Of a DNA stretch of 64,000 nucleotides, positions 38,680-50,842 are shown piece after piece; position 1 is the first letter of the stretch, and the number at the start of each line of letters is the position of its first letter. Under the pieces are notes generated by a model. That model did not search any database and was not told where the DNA came from. It saw only the letters and a program-made list of their open reading frames with translations. Made by a program: the position numbers and the translations under genes. Origin of the DNA: Hyaloraphidium curvatum SAG 235-1 (lineage: Eukaryota; Fungi; Monoblepharomycota); the NCBI GenBank assembly GCA_025558095.1, contig JAIVFI010000032.1:496001-560000 (forward strand). Direction: 5' to 3'.

Positions 38680-39152
38680 ATGGGCTACTCGACCGAGCTC
38701 ATCGGCTCCTTCTCCATCTCCCGCTCCTCTCGGCCGCGCACCGCGCCTACCTCACCGCCTTCACCGAATCCCGCCGCGTGCGCAGCGATGCCGACCGCGC
38801 CGCCGCCCTGCCGGACCCCGTGCGCGAGGCCGTCGGCCTGGAATTCGGGCAGCAGGGGTGCTACTACGTCGGCCGCACGGAAGGGGACGACGTCGTGGAC
38901 CACAACGGCCCGCCCGAGGGGCAGCCCGGGCTGTGGTGTGACTGGGTTTCGTCGGAGGACGGCATGAAGCTCCAGTGGAACGGCGGCGAGAAGTTCTATT
39001 ACTATGACGACTGGCTTAAGTACGTCGTGGAGCGGTTCCTCAAGCGGTGGGGCTACGTCGCCAGCGGAACGGTGACGTGGCAGGGGGACGACCCGCGCGA
39101 CAAGGGGAAGCTGGTGCTCAAGGACAACAAGCTGACCGTGCTTCGGCGTTGA
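38680..39152 (+). CDS. Conserved hypothetical protein of phage/giant-virus/bacterial type (frameshift near 38720)
   Basis: MGYSTELIGSF / AYLTAFTESRR...DPVREAVGL...NGPPEGQPGLWCDW...WNGGEKFY.Y..WLKY...FLKRWGY...G.VTWQG; intronless. Confidence 0.6.
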
Positions 39153-39329
39153 ACGACGGATGGTTTCAGACGGCTATGCGGGTCATCTGGCGCGCAACGA
39201 GGGGCTTTGGGGCTGTTGAATCGTCGGTCGGATGGGACGAAGCAAGACGGAGCAGGACCTGATCGATCATCGTAGCTAGGATCAGTGCGCTTGTCACAGG
39301 ATGATCAAGGAGCTCGCCGACCATGTGCC

Positions 39330-41043
39330 ATGTGCGACGACGAAACGGCGGAAGAGTGGAAGTACCAGCCCATCCACCGACTCCCCCCGCCATCACCGTT
39401 CCGATGGCTGCCCCGTGCGCTCCTGGAGAACCGTGACGCGGTTTATCTGCGGCCAAGTGGCTCTGCTTGCTCCTTGCCGCGTCCCCGGAGCCGCGGCGGC
39501 TCAGCAGCGTGGCGGCGCCGGCCGGGGTTTGGGACCCCGCGGCGGACGCGCGCCGCGCCCGGCCCGTCACGCCGTCGGTCGTGCTCGCCGCGCTGGCGCC
39601 CCCGAGCCGCCCGCTCTTCCGCCTGCTGCTGCTCAGCAACTTCGCGCTCGCGCCGTGGGCCGCGCGCGCCGGGATCCGCACCGCGTTCCTCGCCGCGGCG
39701 CTGCTCGTCCCGCTGGCGCCGCTGTGGGTCTGAAGGCGTGCGCCAGCTGGCGTTAGCGTCCGTCGCCGTCGCCGTGTTCCCGATCTGGTTCCTGGCCATC
39801 ACAATGACGACAAACTGGCGCCTGTCGTACTCTCTGAGGGCAAAAGCGGCCGCGAAGCGCGGCTCGGAGCCCTCACTGGACGGGCATCCGCTGGCGCCCC
39901 TCGTGCGGTGGCTCCAGCTCGTAGCCGCCGGCGAAACGAGCACAGGTAACGTATTGACGACTGCTGGGAGTGAACCTTCGAAGGAGCCGGGCCCGCAAGC
40001 GAAAGAGGACGTCGAGCTGGGTAACCCCGGCGGGCAACCCGTCTCGCCGCTTCTCGAGCACGATGCCAAGGATCCGCTTTGCCCCTGCCCGCTGCCGTCG
40101 TGCGCCGGCCAGTTGCCCGGCCGGGCCGCCCAGCTCCGCGTCGTGGAAGTAGCGGGGCGGATGTTGCTCGCCTGCAGCTGCCTCTTCTTCATGCAGTACA
40201 CCGTCGTCGTCACGCTGGCAAGCCAGACGTGGACGCACTGGTGGAGCGCGCTAATCCTGGTCTTTTCTTTCTCCTTTTCTCTGGCCGCCGCTGATTTTGC
40301 TCGACCCGACCGCAGTGATCGTAATTTCCGACACCCCCATTACCTCGGCCAACGCCCGCTTCCCGGGATCGATCTCCGCCATGCAGCTTTCCGTGCGCGT
40401 GCAGCACTGCGCCATGCGCCTGGCGCTTTCGGACATGCTGGACCGCTACGGCCGGGCCCTGGACGGCGCGAGCCCGGGACCCGCCCCGCCTTCGGTCCCC
40501 CCGACGTCGGAGCCCTACATCCACCTCCACCTCACCATCTCCGCCTCGAACCTCGCCCGCTTCCCGGGCCACTCGTCCGGATCGGGCCTCACCTTCCTCT
40601 TCCTCCTCTTCGGCTCCGCCATCGCCCAGGCCGCCCTCAGCATCTTCTCCGGCTCCTGCATCCCCCTCTACTCCGTCTTCTTCTTCCTCTACGGACTATA
40701 CGCCTGGCTCCAGGACCTCATCAACATGGCCGAATCCAACCGCGGGATCGCCGCGCACCGCGCGCTGCACTCGGACGCCCTCTCGGAAGCCCGCATGCTG
40801 CTGCTGCGCGCGTCCCCGGCGCCCGAGGACGCCGCGGCGAGGGAGCTCCGGGCGCACATGGAGGTGATCAAGGGGTGGGTTGGAGCGTCCGAGGGGAGCA
40901 TGGCGAGGTTCGCGGGGTTCGCGGTGGATTACGGGGTCGTCAGGACCGTGGTGGTGACGTTCGCGACGGTGGCGATCGGGCTGTGGAGCGTGCTGAGGAG
41001 CGGGGGGGTGGGGTTGGTCGCGGACATGGTGTGTCCGTCGTAG
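39330..41043 (+). CDS. Multi-pass membrane protein (possible 7TMIC/gustatory-receptor-like), apparent frameshifts
   Basis: Several TM segments, CPCPLPSC loop, WWSAL, EPYIHLH, GSCIPLY, ESNRGI, ELRAH, ARFAGFAVDYGVVRTVVVTFATVAIGLWSVLRSGG...CPS*. Confidence 0.65.
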
Positions 41044-41220
41044 CCTGTCTCGGAAGGGGGCGGCGCCGTGCCGGGCACGGGATCGATGTCGGGTGGAGGT
41101 GATGGGAAAGGTCGCGGCTCCTCCATGTCGGCTAGTGATAAATTTACTCCGGCGCCGCCAGCAAAGGCAGACCGTAACGTATGCGGCAAACGAGATAAAG
41201 CCACGTCCATCGCAACAGGA

Positions 41221-44200
41221 TCACGCCCCCCCAAACCCCCCGAACCCCATGTTGTGCCTTGAGATCATCTGCCCCGCCAGAAACGCGTTGGCCGCCGCCT
41301 CTTGCTCGTCCACCAGGAAGAGCCTGGCGTTGAAGTTCCGCCCGGCAACGTACCTCGCCATGGCATCAATCGGGTACAGGTGTCCGCCCGACATGACCCG
41401 CGTGAAGTACAGCGGCCGGTCGGTCGGGACGAGGGCGAGGTCGTCGACGTAGCTGTCGAGCACGATCGCGTAGTCGAGCGCGTAGCCGTCGCTGGGGAGG
41501 CCCGAGAGGAGGGAGTAGAAGCCCGCGACGTTGCCCGACAGATTCGAGACGCCCAGGGAGAGCACAACAACGTTGGGGAAGTGGTGCTTGAAGATGATGC
41601 GCAGTGCATGGAATGCGGCGGAGTAGTCCTCGAAGTAGCGTTGGAGGCCCTCAAGCGACACGCCGGTCCCATGATCCACCTGCACCGCAAACAGCGGTGT
41701 CTGCAGTGACGCCGCAAGAGCTGCAGCCCGCGGGCCCCAATACCGCTCGAAGTGATCAGCGATGCGGTTGACCGGGAGAGAGTGGCCCAAGGCCGCGCCG
41801 GTGTTGATGAGGAGAACCACCCGCGCCCCAGCGTCGGTCAGGGAGTTGATGATGGCTGGGTCATCAATGTCAATCACTCGCACCGCCGAAGCGCCGGCCG
41901 CTGCCAAGACCGACGGAGTGGTCCCGGGGATCATGTTGAAAGGGGGCGTGAACGAAAGGCCCATGGCAAAGCTGGAGGTGTAGAGCCCCCCTGGCACATA
42001 GGGCGGATAGTCGATCGGGCTGCCAAAAGTGGGACGCCGCGGGGTGGTCGTGCTTGTCGGCTGCCGAGTGGTGCTCCCCGACGTCGAAGATGCCGTGGCC
42101 GTCCGGCTCTGCGTCGTGGTCCGCGCCGTTGAAGATTGTGTGGCCGTCCGGCTGCTAGTCGCGACGCCCGGCAATGGTCCCGAGAAGCTCAGATCGATGG
42201 CGAACACCATCCCCCTCCAGTCCGCAGGCCCCGAGTCAAGGACCCCGTAAAGCCGCCCGTCGCTGCCCAGGGCAAGCTCCTTCTGCGGTATCGTGAAGGT
42301 TCCCAAGGGCAGCACGTCCATGCCGCTGACGAACTGTAGCGCGGTCTCGCGGACGAACCTGGCCACGCGCACCGCCACTGGGTTGGCGGCGGCGGGATCG
42401 ATCCGGAAGATGATGGCCCTGATGGGGAAGTAGTCCGTCTGGGCGATACCGTAGATGGCTCCATCGGTGGAGAGGAGGCTGGCGCGGGGGTAGCGGCCGT
42501 CGTCTAAGCCGAGGAAGTGGTATATGTTCTCCAGTCGCGTGCCGTTGAACCGCCAGACAGTTCCCGAGTTCGCTCCGCCGCCGAAGGTGGCGGTGCCGAT
42601 CACGGTGCCGTCCCCAAGAGGCAGGGGGCGCGTCGGCCTGCAAATCGGGCGTCAGAGTGTCGCACGCTGGGCGACGACGGTGCGTGCCTACCCGCAGCCC
42701 GTGTAGCTGTTCATGTGGGGAAGGAACGACTCGTCCCCGAAAAATGAATCCAGGATGGTCACTGTGCCGTCCGTCCCTATGCGGAACAACGTGCCGCAGT
42801 CCCCGAACCCACCGGCGCCCGCTGTCCCGTAAAGTAGGCCGTCCGGTCCTAAGGCGAGGCCAGAGCCAATGCCGTTCCCAGTCATGAAGGAGCTGAAGTT
42901 CGCAAGAACCGAGAAGCTCCCGTCTACGGCGATCCGGAACACGGAGCGCTCCGTGGTCCCGTAAATGGCCCCATCGGGCCCCACGACGAGCGGCGAGCGG
43001 GAGGGGTGGTCCAAGGATGCAAGCAGCGTGAGGGTGCCCCAGACCGTCACTCGGAACACCGCCCCAAATGCGCGCTCGCCTCCCATGGAGGTGGCCCCGT
43101 AGAGGTGACCGTCGGGTCCGACGACTGGGGCCGCGAGCGGCTCGGCACCGTTCAACCAGTTGAATGAGGCGATGGTGGTCACCTGGCCGGTGGGGGTGAG
43201 CCGAAAGACCGAGCCGCAGTCGCAGCCCGTGGTATTCCAGTTCGCGCCACCCATCCGCGTCGTGCCATACCAGTTGCCGTCGGGATGCTCGACCAGGCCC
43301 TGCGGCGCCCCACTGGATCTGTCGAAGCGCGCGACGATCGTCTGCGGAGGATGGCTAGAGTTAGCTTGGGGGCTCAAGGAGAGCTCGGCACGACGCACGG
43401 CACTGATGATCGGGGTCTGCGTGCGGGTCGAACGTGGCGTCTTTGATGTGCTGGTGGACCCCGTGCGGGACCTCGTTCTCGATCGAGTCGACATGGGAGT
43501 CGTTGTGATGGTTGTACGGGAGGTCGACGTGCTTCTTGCCGGCCTCGGCAGGCCCACGTCCACGACAAGAGCCATCCCCTCCCACCCCGCCGGCCCCGTG
43601 GTCGCAACGCCGTACAGCCGACCATCGCCCCCGAGGACCAGCTCGTGCTCAACAGTCCCGAAGGGCAGCACGTCGGTCCGCCCAGCGAAGAAAGGCAGCG
43701 CGCTCTCGGGGACGAGACCGACCACGGGCCCAAACCCCCTCCCGTCGGGGCTGATCCGGAAAACTTGCGCCGCATCGGAAGACGATCCGACAAAGGACAC
43801 CCCGTACAGCGCTCCGCCGGCGAACACGAGGCCCGCGGGCGGGCTGTGCCCGTCGGCGCCGGCAAAGTCGTGGAGCCTTTCGAGTCCCGTGCCGTTGAAC
43901 CGCCAGATTGTACCTCGCGACGACCTGCCACCGCTCAGAGTTGTACCGATAATGGAGCCGTCGGGAAGAACCAGAACTCGGTTCGGGCTGTAGGGCGCCG
44001 GGGAATGAGCTGAGTGGACCGAGACCACTTCGAACGACGACCTACCTGCAGCCAGTGAATGGTTGAATGCGCTCCACATCTTCCCCGCCTTGGAAATGGG
44101 CCAGGATCTCCCTCTCGCGACTGGGTCCGAACCTGAAGAGAACACCGCAGTCTGCTAGCCCGCCCTTGTAGGTCGTCCCGTAAAGCCACTTTCCGGCCCC

Positions 44201-47200
44201 AAAAGTGACCCCTCCGTAGACATCGTAGCCGGTTTCCACGGTGTCGAAACCCGCCAGCTGGATGAACCCGCCCTGCTGGGGCTGGACGAGGAACGCGCCC
44301 ATCTGCGTGCCTCCGTAGAGGTACCCGTCGGGGCCCAAAGTGAGCTGACCCCTACGGGGCGCGTCGAATGGGAATGGGGCGAGCACGGTGATCTCCCCCG
44401 AAGTGGTGACCCGGAAGACTGTTCCAGAATCCTGCGACCCGCCGCCCCTGGTCGTCGTGCCGTACAAATGCCTGTCGGCGCCGACGATCAAGCCGGCCTG
44501 CGGGTACGCGCCGTTCCACCACTCGAACGAGGCAATCGTGGAAAACTGCCCGTCGGGCGTTAGCCGGAACACTGTACCGCAGTCGCAGCCTGAAGTGTTC
44601 CAGTTCGCGCCGCCGATCCGCGTGGTGCCGTACCAGTTGCCGTCCGGGTGCTCTACCAGGCCCTGCGGGCGGCCGCGCGATCGATCGAAGCGGGCGAAGA
44701 TTGTCTGTGGAGGGCGAGGGAAATCAGAATATAGCATCGTAAACCCCCATAGAGGGACTTACGGCTGTGGCCACCCGCGTGGCTGTTGACGTCACCGTCG
44801 CCGTCCTGCTGGTTGTTGTCCGAGTGCTCCTTGAAGGCCGCGGCAGGTCCAAATCCAGCGCGAACACAGTCCCGCCCCACCCCTGCGGGCCAGAGGACGT
44901 GAATCCGTAAAGTCGGCCGTCGGCGCCCTGCACCAGCTCGTCCCCCGGGAGCCCGCCGGGGAGCACGGCGCCGCCCTGGCCAGGCGCCTCGCCGTTTGCA
45001 GTGAAGCTGACCACCCGCGCGAACCTCGATCCGTCGGGGCGCACCCGGAAGACCTGGCCCGCGGCCCCGTCGGCCCCCGCCCCGACGCCATACAGGGCGC
45101 CCGCGACGGGGACGACGCCCGCGGAGGGAAGCCCGCCGCGCTGCTCGTCGATCGTGACGAGGCGGCGGATCGCGGTGCCGTTGAAGACCCACACGCTGCC
45201 CCAGAGGGTGGAAAACTGGGGAATCCAGGGGATAAGGAACGATGACGCCGTGCCGACCAAAGAGCCGTCGGCGAGGGGATATGGTCGGGAGATTGGGCTG
45301 CGGGCGGAGGAAGATGAGCCGATGTGAGCAACAAGCGCGCGCCCAAAACTTACATGCACCCGACCGAAAGATCAAAATGAGCCAGCGTGGTCATGGACCC
45401 GTTCGTGGCGATCCTAAACAGAGTTCCGCAGCTTGGTCCGGGATCGTGGCGCGTCGTACCGTACAGTGACCCGTCCAAGCCGACGCTAAAGCCACCGACG
45501 AAGCTGAGCATGTCCCAAGGCCCATACCGCGCCAGCACGGTCCAATTGCCATCCATTGAGACCCGGAACACGGTCCGCGGGGTGACGCCGTAGAGAGCGC
45601 CGTCGGGCCCAAACACGAGCGGCGCTTGGGGGAAGGCCGAGGAGGCTCCGAAGGCGGGACGACGCGCGTCACCGGGCGTCATTCCCCATGTGAACGACGC
45701 AAGCACCGTGATCTCGCCACCCGTGGTGACCCGGACGACCGTCCCGACGTCGTGAGCACCGCCAACAAACGTGGTGCCGTACAGGTGGTCGTCCCCGCCG
45801 ACGATGAGGCCAGCGCGCGGGCTGGCTCCGTTTGTGCCGTTGAACGAGGCGATCGTCGACAACTGGCCGTCGGGCGTGAGGCGAAAGACGGTGCCGCAGT
45901 TGCAAGTTCCCGATCCACCAAACAGGGTGGTGCCGTACCAGTTGCCGTCCGGGTGCTCGGTGAGCCCCTCTGGTTGGGAGGGCAAAGCAAAGCGGGCGAG
46001 GACGGTCTGTGTCACGGGATGAGCGCCGGCCACAGGTCGGAGAGGAAGTTAAAGAACCCACCGGCGTGACGAGCACCGTCTCGATTGTGGTGGTGACCGT
46101 TCGTGACGTGGAAGAGGATCGGCTTGTCGACGAGCTCGTCGGCGTCCGGCTGGATGTCGTCACCGTCCTGGTCCTCGTCGTCCGAGTCAAAGACGTCGCC
46201 GTCCATGTGCTTGTCGATGCGGCGGTCAGGCTCGAGGAAGTAGCTGTCCGGCTCGTGCGGCTCAGGTTTGTCGTCTTCGCCATTTTGGTGCTTGTCGGGG
46301 TCCGGCTCGAAGAAGTGGGCGTCAGGCTGGTCGGAGTGAAGCTCGAGGACATGGTCGCCAGGTTGATCGAGGTGGTGCTGTTGGTGGTCCCCGGAGGAGG
46401 GATCGGGGAGGTCGTCGGCGGGACCGGGGGCGCCGGTGGAGGGGGCGGAGGAGGCGACGGGGGTGGCGGCGACGGGGGTGGGGGGGTCGGGGGCACGGGA
46501 GGCGGAGGAGGGGGAGGGGAAGGGGGGGGATAAGGCGGGACGGGGGGCGGAGGGGGTGGCGAAGGAGGTACCGGCGCTGGTGCCGTCGTGGGAGGCACTT
46601 GCTTCACCTGCACCGTCGTCCTGCGTCCGGTCGTCGTCGGCACGACCTTGCCCAGGGTCCGCCGGACCTTCTTGGTCGTAGTCTTCCGGCGCGTCGTGGT
46701 CCGCTTCTTCGTCCGGCGCTTCGAGGTGGTCTTCTTCTTGAGCTGCCGCGGCACCAGGCGGGGTCCAGCTCCTTGGTTATTTGCAACGGCATCCTTTGCC
46801 CGGGTACCCAATCAGCTCCTGCCCTACCCGAGCACCGTCCTTTCCGACCCACCTGGTTCGCGAGAGGTCCGGTATCGGGAGACGACGTCATTCCTGTCCC
46901 CCGACGCGTCTCCTCTCCTCCCATCGCCGTCGAGGACGCGAGAGGGCAGCAAACGGCGGCGGCATCGGTTCCGGAAGTGTCCTGGGCAAGCCAAGCGGAC
47001 GGCGGGCACGGCGGGCACCAGTCGCGGCGGGACGCGTCCCGTTCGCGCTCCGCCCCATCGAATCGGCTTTCCCGCCACTGGTGCTGAATCTCCGATTCCG
47101 GAGCATTGCTGGAGCCCAAGGATACGGGGCAGCAGCAGCCGGCATCGGGCAAAGACGCGCTGTGGGAGGAAGGTGCGGTCGGTCAGTCAGCCTGTCTCCC

Positions 47201-47366
47201 AATTCCGCAACTCCCCAGGGCCCCACCTGCAAGCGGGGCCAACGATCCAAAGTCCCGGAAACGGTCCAACAAGCGATCGGTGGTTGCCAGGCTCGGCGAC
47301 GGCAAGGAGGATCGGAATGCAGATTGAGAGAAGGGCCACTGCGGCGAGCGGCAGCGTGGGCGCCAT
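41221..47366 (-). CDS. Large secreted protein: signal peptide, Lys/Arg/Thr and Pro tracts, three GloVer (Gloeo_Verruco, TIGR03803-type) repeat units, GH17-like C-terminal domain
   Basis: MAPTLPLAAVALLSICIPILLAVA; repeated PxGLxxxPDGNWYGTTxxGG...CGTVFRLTPxGQxxTIASF motifs; eight GT-AG introns join the ORF-track pieces in frame. Confidence 0.85.
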
Positions 47367-48246
47367 CCTCGCGGCCGGCCGCAACAAAACGGAACGAGAG
47401 CCGGTGGGCTGCGAAAGCAGGAAAGGAGAATGTCAAGAACTGTGCCATTTGCCGCTCTCCGGCCGGGTCAGCGTTCATCACCGGACCCCGCCCGCAGGAC
47501 CCCGCCCGCAACCCTCCTTCCGGTCCGCCGCGGTCGGCCATCGCGTCCCGATCGTGCCAAGAGCGAACATCGCGGCCCCGAGGCCTCTCTCCTGTCCAAC
47601 ATCGCGCCAATCGGGGACCGTACGCCGCCGGCATTGAAGCGCGCCAGACCCGCAGCCCTTGCCGCTTGTTGTGCTCCCCGCCACGTACCTTCCGCGGAGG
47701 GCGACCGATCTCTTTCCTTGGGCACAGAGCAGACAGGAGTGCCGCAGCGCCGCAGGAAACGGACCAAAGCGTGGCCGTCGCGCGATTACGGCGGCACTGC
47801 ACGCAGGGTCCGCGGCCGGCGGCCGCCGGCCGCTGACCCGTGCGCAGACCGGCGCAACGCCCCGCCCCGCCGTGCGATCGCAGTTCGACCGGACGGCGCA
47901 AAATGGAAGCAGGCACCGGTTTTCCACGGCACTTTGCACGACCCTTGGTGCATCCCCTCCTTACCTGGATGGTTCCGCCGCGGGGTGACGCGGCGGGCAA
48001 GACGGAGTCCTGGCGCTGGACCCTTTTGCGCTCCGCTACACCCATGCTCCGTCCCGCTCGCCCGCTGCGGACGGAGACTTGGGGAACCTACGCCGGCGAC
48101 GCGGATGGATCACGGGGACGTCCGCCTCCCGCCGCGGGGCGCAGGCCGGACCGCGGACCGGAAAGCGAACTGTGACCCCGCCCGGCTTTGCGGACGGCGG
48201 CGGCCGCGCGCAAAGCGCACCGCTCCCTCCCCCACTCCGCCCGAAG

Positions 48247-48863
48247 ATGGCCGGCTTCCTCGACGTGGCAATCGCCACGCAACTCCTCTCCCTGGCCTCC
48301 GACGACGGAACGCTGCACACCCGCGAGCGGCGCAACGGGGACCTCGGCACGGCGCCCGTGACAAAGCGGGGGGAAACGCTGGACGGGTTCCTGGAGGAGT
48401 ATTCGGCGACTGTGGCGGAGGCGGCGAGGGGGAAGGTGGCCAAGGGGGAGGCGGTGCCGCGGCTGGGGGTCGACGTCGACGACATCGGGGAGGTGGAGAG
48501 GAATTTGGGCGAGAAGCTGAGGGCAGGAAGGAGGCACGACGATGCTGCGAGCGCGAGGTCGAGAGGGTCCTCGGTGGCGAGCTCGCTGAGGGGGCTGCTG
48601 CGGCCGCGGAGCAGGAGCGCGGACCCCCGGGTGAGGGAGGTGGAGGACGGCGGCGGGGTCGTGGCGGATCCGGAGATGGTCAAGAGGGCAAAGGAGGAGG
48701 CGGCCAAGAGGCCGTCGGCGCTGGACAGGTGGGAGCGATCGCGTCGTTCGGTTGGCACTGTCCGGCGGGATCCTGATGCGTGGTCTCGGCATGCAGGGTC
48801 TGGCAGGAGATCAGGTACAACAAGGACTCCCCCGTCAAGATCTTGCTGGACAACGTGTCGTGA
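48247..48863 (+). CDS. Hypothetical protein (1 intron)
   Basis: MAGFLDVAIATQ...RPSALDR|VWQEIRYNKDSPVKILLDNVS*; coding-like GC3. Confidence 0.55.
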
Positions 48864-48974
48864 CCGGTTTCGTCGAGTCCACCGCTGATGTATGCGCTCT
48901 TGGTATTCCATGCGGCTTGTGTTGCCACTGTTGACCTCGCAGGAACGACGGATGGTCAACCCGAAGGCACGGGC

Positions 48975-49514
48975 CTAAGCCTTCCACAGCGCGTCCCGGA
49001 TCTTGAGCACGGTCGCCCAGTTCCTCCCCGTCCACCCCGGCCCGAGCACCCCCTTCGTCAGCGCCCTGTTGGACGCGCTCCTTGCAACCCCATTGGGCAG
49101 CCACAGGTGCAGCTCGCGCCCGTGCAGCTCCCACACCTCGTCCCCGCGTTTCAGCGCCTCCAGTGCGCGCACGGCGTCAGGCAAGGGCGCTCGGTCGAGG
49201 AACACCACGAGCGTCCGGGACGGGTCCGTCGCGACGGCCGAGAGCGGGTTGAGCGCGGCGACGGCGTCGATGTCCTCCTTGGTCCGCGATATGACCGGCA
49301 CGTCCAGGTCGAGCTCCGCGACCAGAAGGTCGTGCACGGCCCCGGCGAGCGCGTCGGCGTCCAGTTCCGTCGTGCAGACGGCGTTGCCCGAGTTGAGGAG
49401 GGTGCGGACGTCGGTGGAGCCGGCCGCCGCGACGATGCGGGCAAAGTCGGCCATCGCGATGCGGTTGGCGCCGCCGACGTTGACGCCACGGAGGAGGAGG
49501 GCGACCCGCGTCAT
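48975..49514 (-). CDS. DUF1697 family protein, intronless, bacterial-like
   Basis: ALLLRGVNVGGANRIAMADF...VRTLLNSGNAV...TGRNWATVLKI. Confidence 0.9.
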   Translation of the reverse strand: MTRVALLLRGVNVGGANRIAMADFARIVAAAGSTDVRTLLNSGNAVCTTELDADALAGAVHDLLVAELDLDVPVISRTKEDIDAVAALNPLSAVATDPSRTLVVFLDRAPLPDAVRALEALKRGDEVWELHGRELHLWLPNGVARSASNRALTKGVLGPGWTGRNWATVLKIRDALWKA

Positions 49515-49682
49515 TTTTGGGGTTTGGGGCGGAGGTGGAGAGCCGAGCTCGGCGACGCTCGTCCCAACTTCCATCGACGTCGGACTTGACCGCAACTTCC
49601 GCGATTAATGCCTCTCTGGTGTTCAGAATAGTGTATCGGCATGTTGTCGGCCTCCAGGCCCAATGAACCCTCCTCGATCCAG

Positions 49683-50408
49683 CTACAGCCTCTCTATCGC
49701 CCGGTCCCCCTTCCCCCCCGCCTCCCTCCCTTTCCGCTCCATCGGCCTGGCCGGGGTGCCGATCCACGTCACTCCGCCTTCCGTGATGCTCCTCAGCACC
49801 CCCGAATTCAACCCAATGACCGTCCAGGGCGCCACGCCGACGTGGTCCCCCACGTGCGCGTTCAAACCCAGATGCACCCCCTCCTCCAGCCTCGTCCCGC
49901 CCCCTATCGAATTGTGCCCGTTGAGCTGCACGTAATCCCCGACGCGGCAGTCGTGCGAGATGATGGTGAACGGACCCACGTGGCAGAAGGCCCCGACGCT
50001 CGCGTTGGGCCCGATGCGGGCAAAGGGCGCGACGAAGGTGCCCTCGCCAAAGGTGCAGTTCATGGCGGGGCAGAGGAGCGGGTGCATCGCCGGCGGGAAG
50101 CGGATGCCGGGGAGGAGGGAGCGCAGGCGGGCCGCGAGGCGCTTCCGCGAGGCCGGGGTGCCGTGCGAGACGAAGACGTCGAGTTGCGGGTGCCGGGAAG
50201 CGAATTCCAGCGCCTCGTTCTCGCTCCGGAGGTGGACGAAGCCCGCGGCGGTCAGGGCGGGGTGGATCCCCGGGCCGTCGTCCCAGCAGGCGGCGTTCCC
50301 ATCCCTCGCGGCGGTGGCGTAGCGCGGTGCCACGGCCTCCCACAGCACGCCGGCCTGCCCGCCGCCGCAGCGGAAGAGCACGGCGGGCGCCGGCGGGGCG
50401 GGTTCCAT
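49683..50408 (-). CDS. Hexapeptide-repeat sugar acetyltransferase (NeuD/PglD-like), intronless
   Basis: GGGQA N-terminal motif, HP, FGEGTFV...IGPNASVG...ISHDCRVGDY...WIGTPARP. Confidence 0.85.
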   Translation of the reverse strand: MEPAPPAPAVLFRCGGGQAGVLWEAVAPRYATAARDGNAACWDDGPGIHPALTAAGFVHLRSENEALEFASRHPQLDVFVSHGTPASRKRLAARLRSLLPGIRFPPAMHPLLCPAMNCTFGEGTFVAPFARIGPNASVGAFCHVGPFTIISHDCRVGDYVQLNGHNSIGGGTRLEEGVHLGLNAHVGDHVGVAPWTVIGLNSGVLRSITEGGVTWIGTPARPMERKGREAGGKGDRAIERL

Positions 50409-50842
50409 GGCAGGGCGAGATAGGGAGGCTTTGTGATTGCGGATTTCGGGGTCTGGCCGTCCGGGCACTGCCTGAAGGTCCGCTCGGTGGCCGTTCGTCC
50501 GATGCGTTGGCCGCTTCTCTTGGCACCTCCTTCACCCGGTCCGACGACCTCCACCGGACGGATGTCATCTGTTCCGGCAGCTCCGGCATCCCGCTCAGCC
50601 CGGAACGAGGGCCGGCGTGTTGCCAAGATCAAGTCAAGGCGGCTCCAGCAGAAATCGATTCCGGGGGGCCCCTAGCAAGAACCGCCCGTTGTTCATCTAA
50701 TGTAGCAGGTATGCTCGGCGAACGGCTTTTATGGACTCATCGCCATCTTGGGCGGCCACGACCTCCAAGGTATCCGCCCCGCTGTCCGCCCCGCCGAGCC
50801 TGCCTGACCTGCCTCGCTTTCACCACCACACCCGAGCCCGCG

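Noticed and set aside
46380-46760. G-rich tract as a G-quadruplex or telomere-like repeat
   Set aside because: It is the antisense of the poly-Pro and Lys/Arg/Thr linker of the GloVer protein
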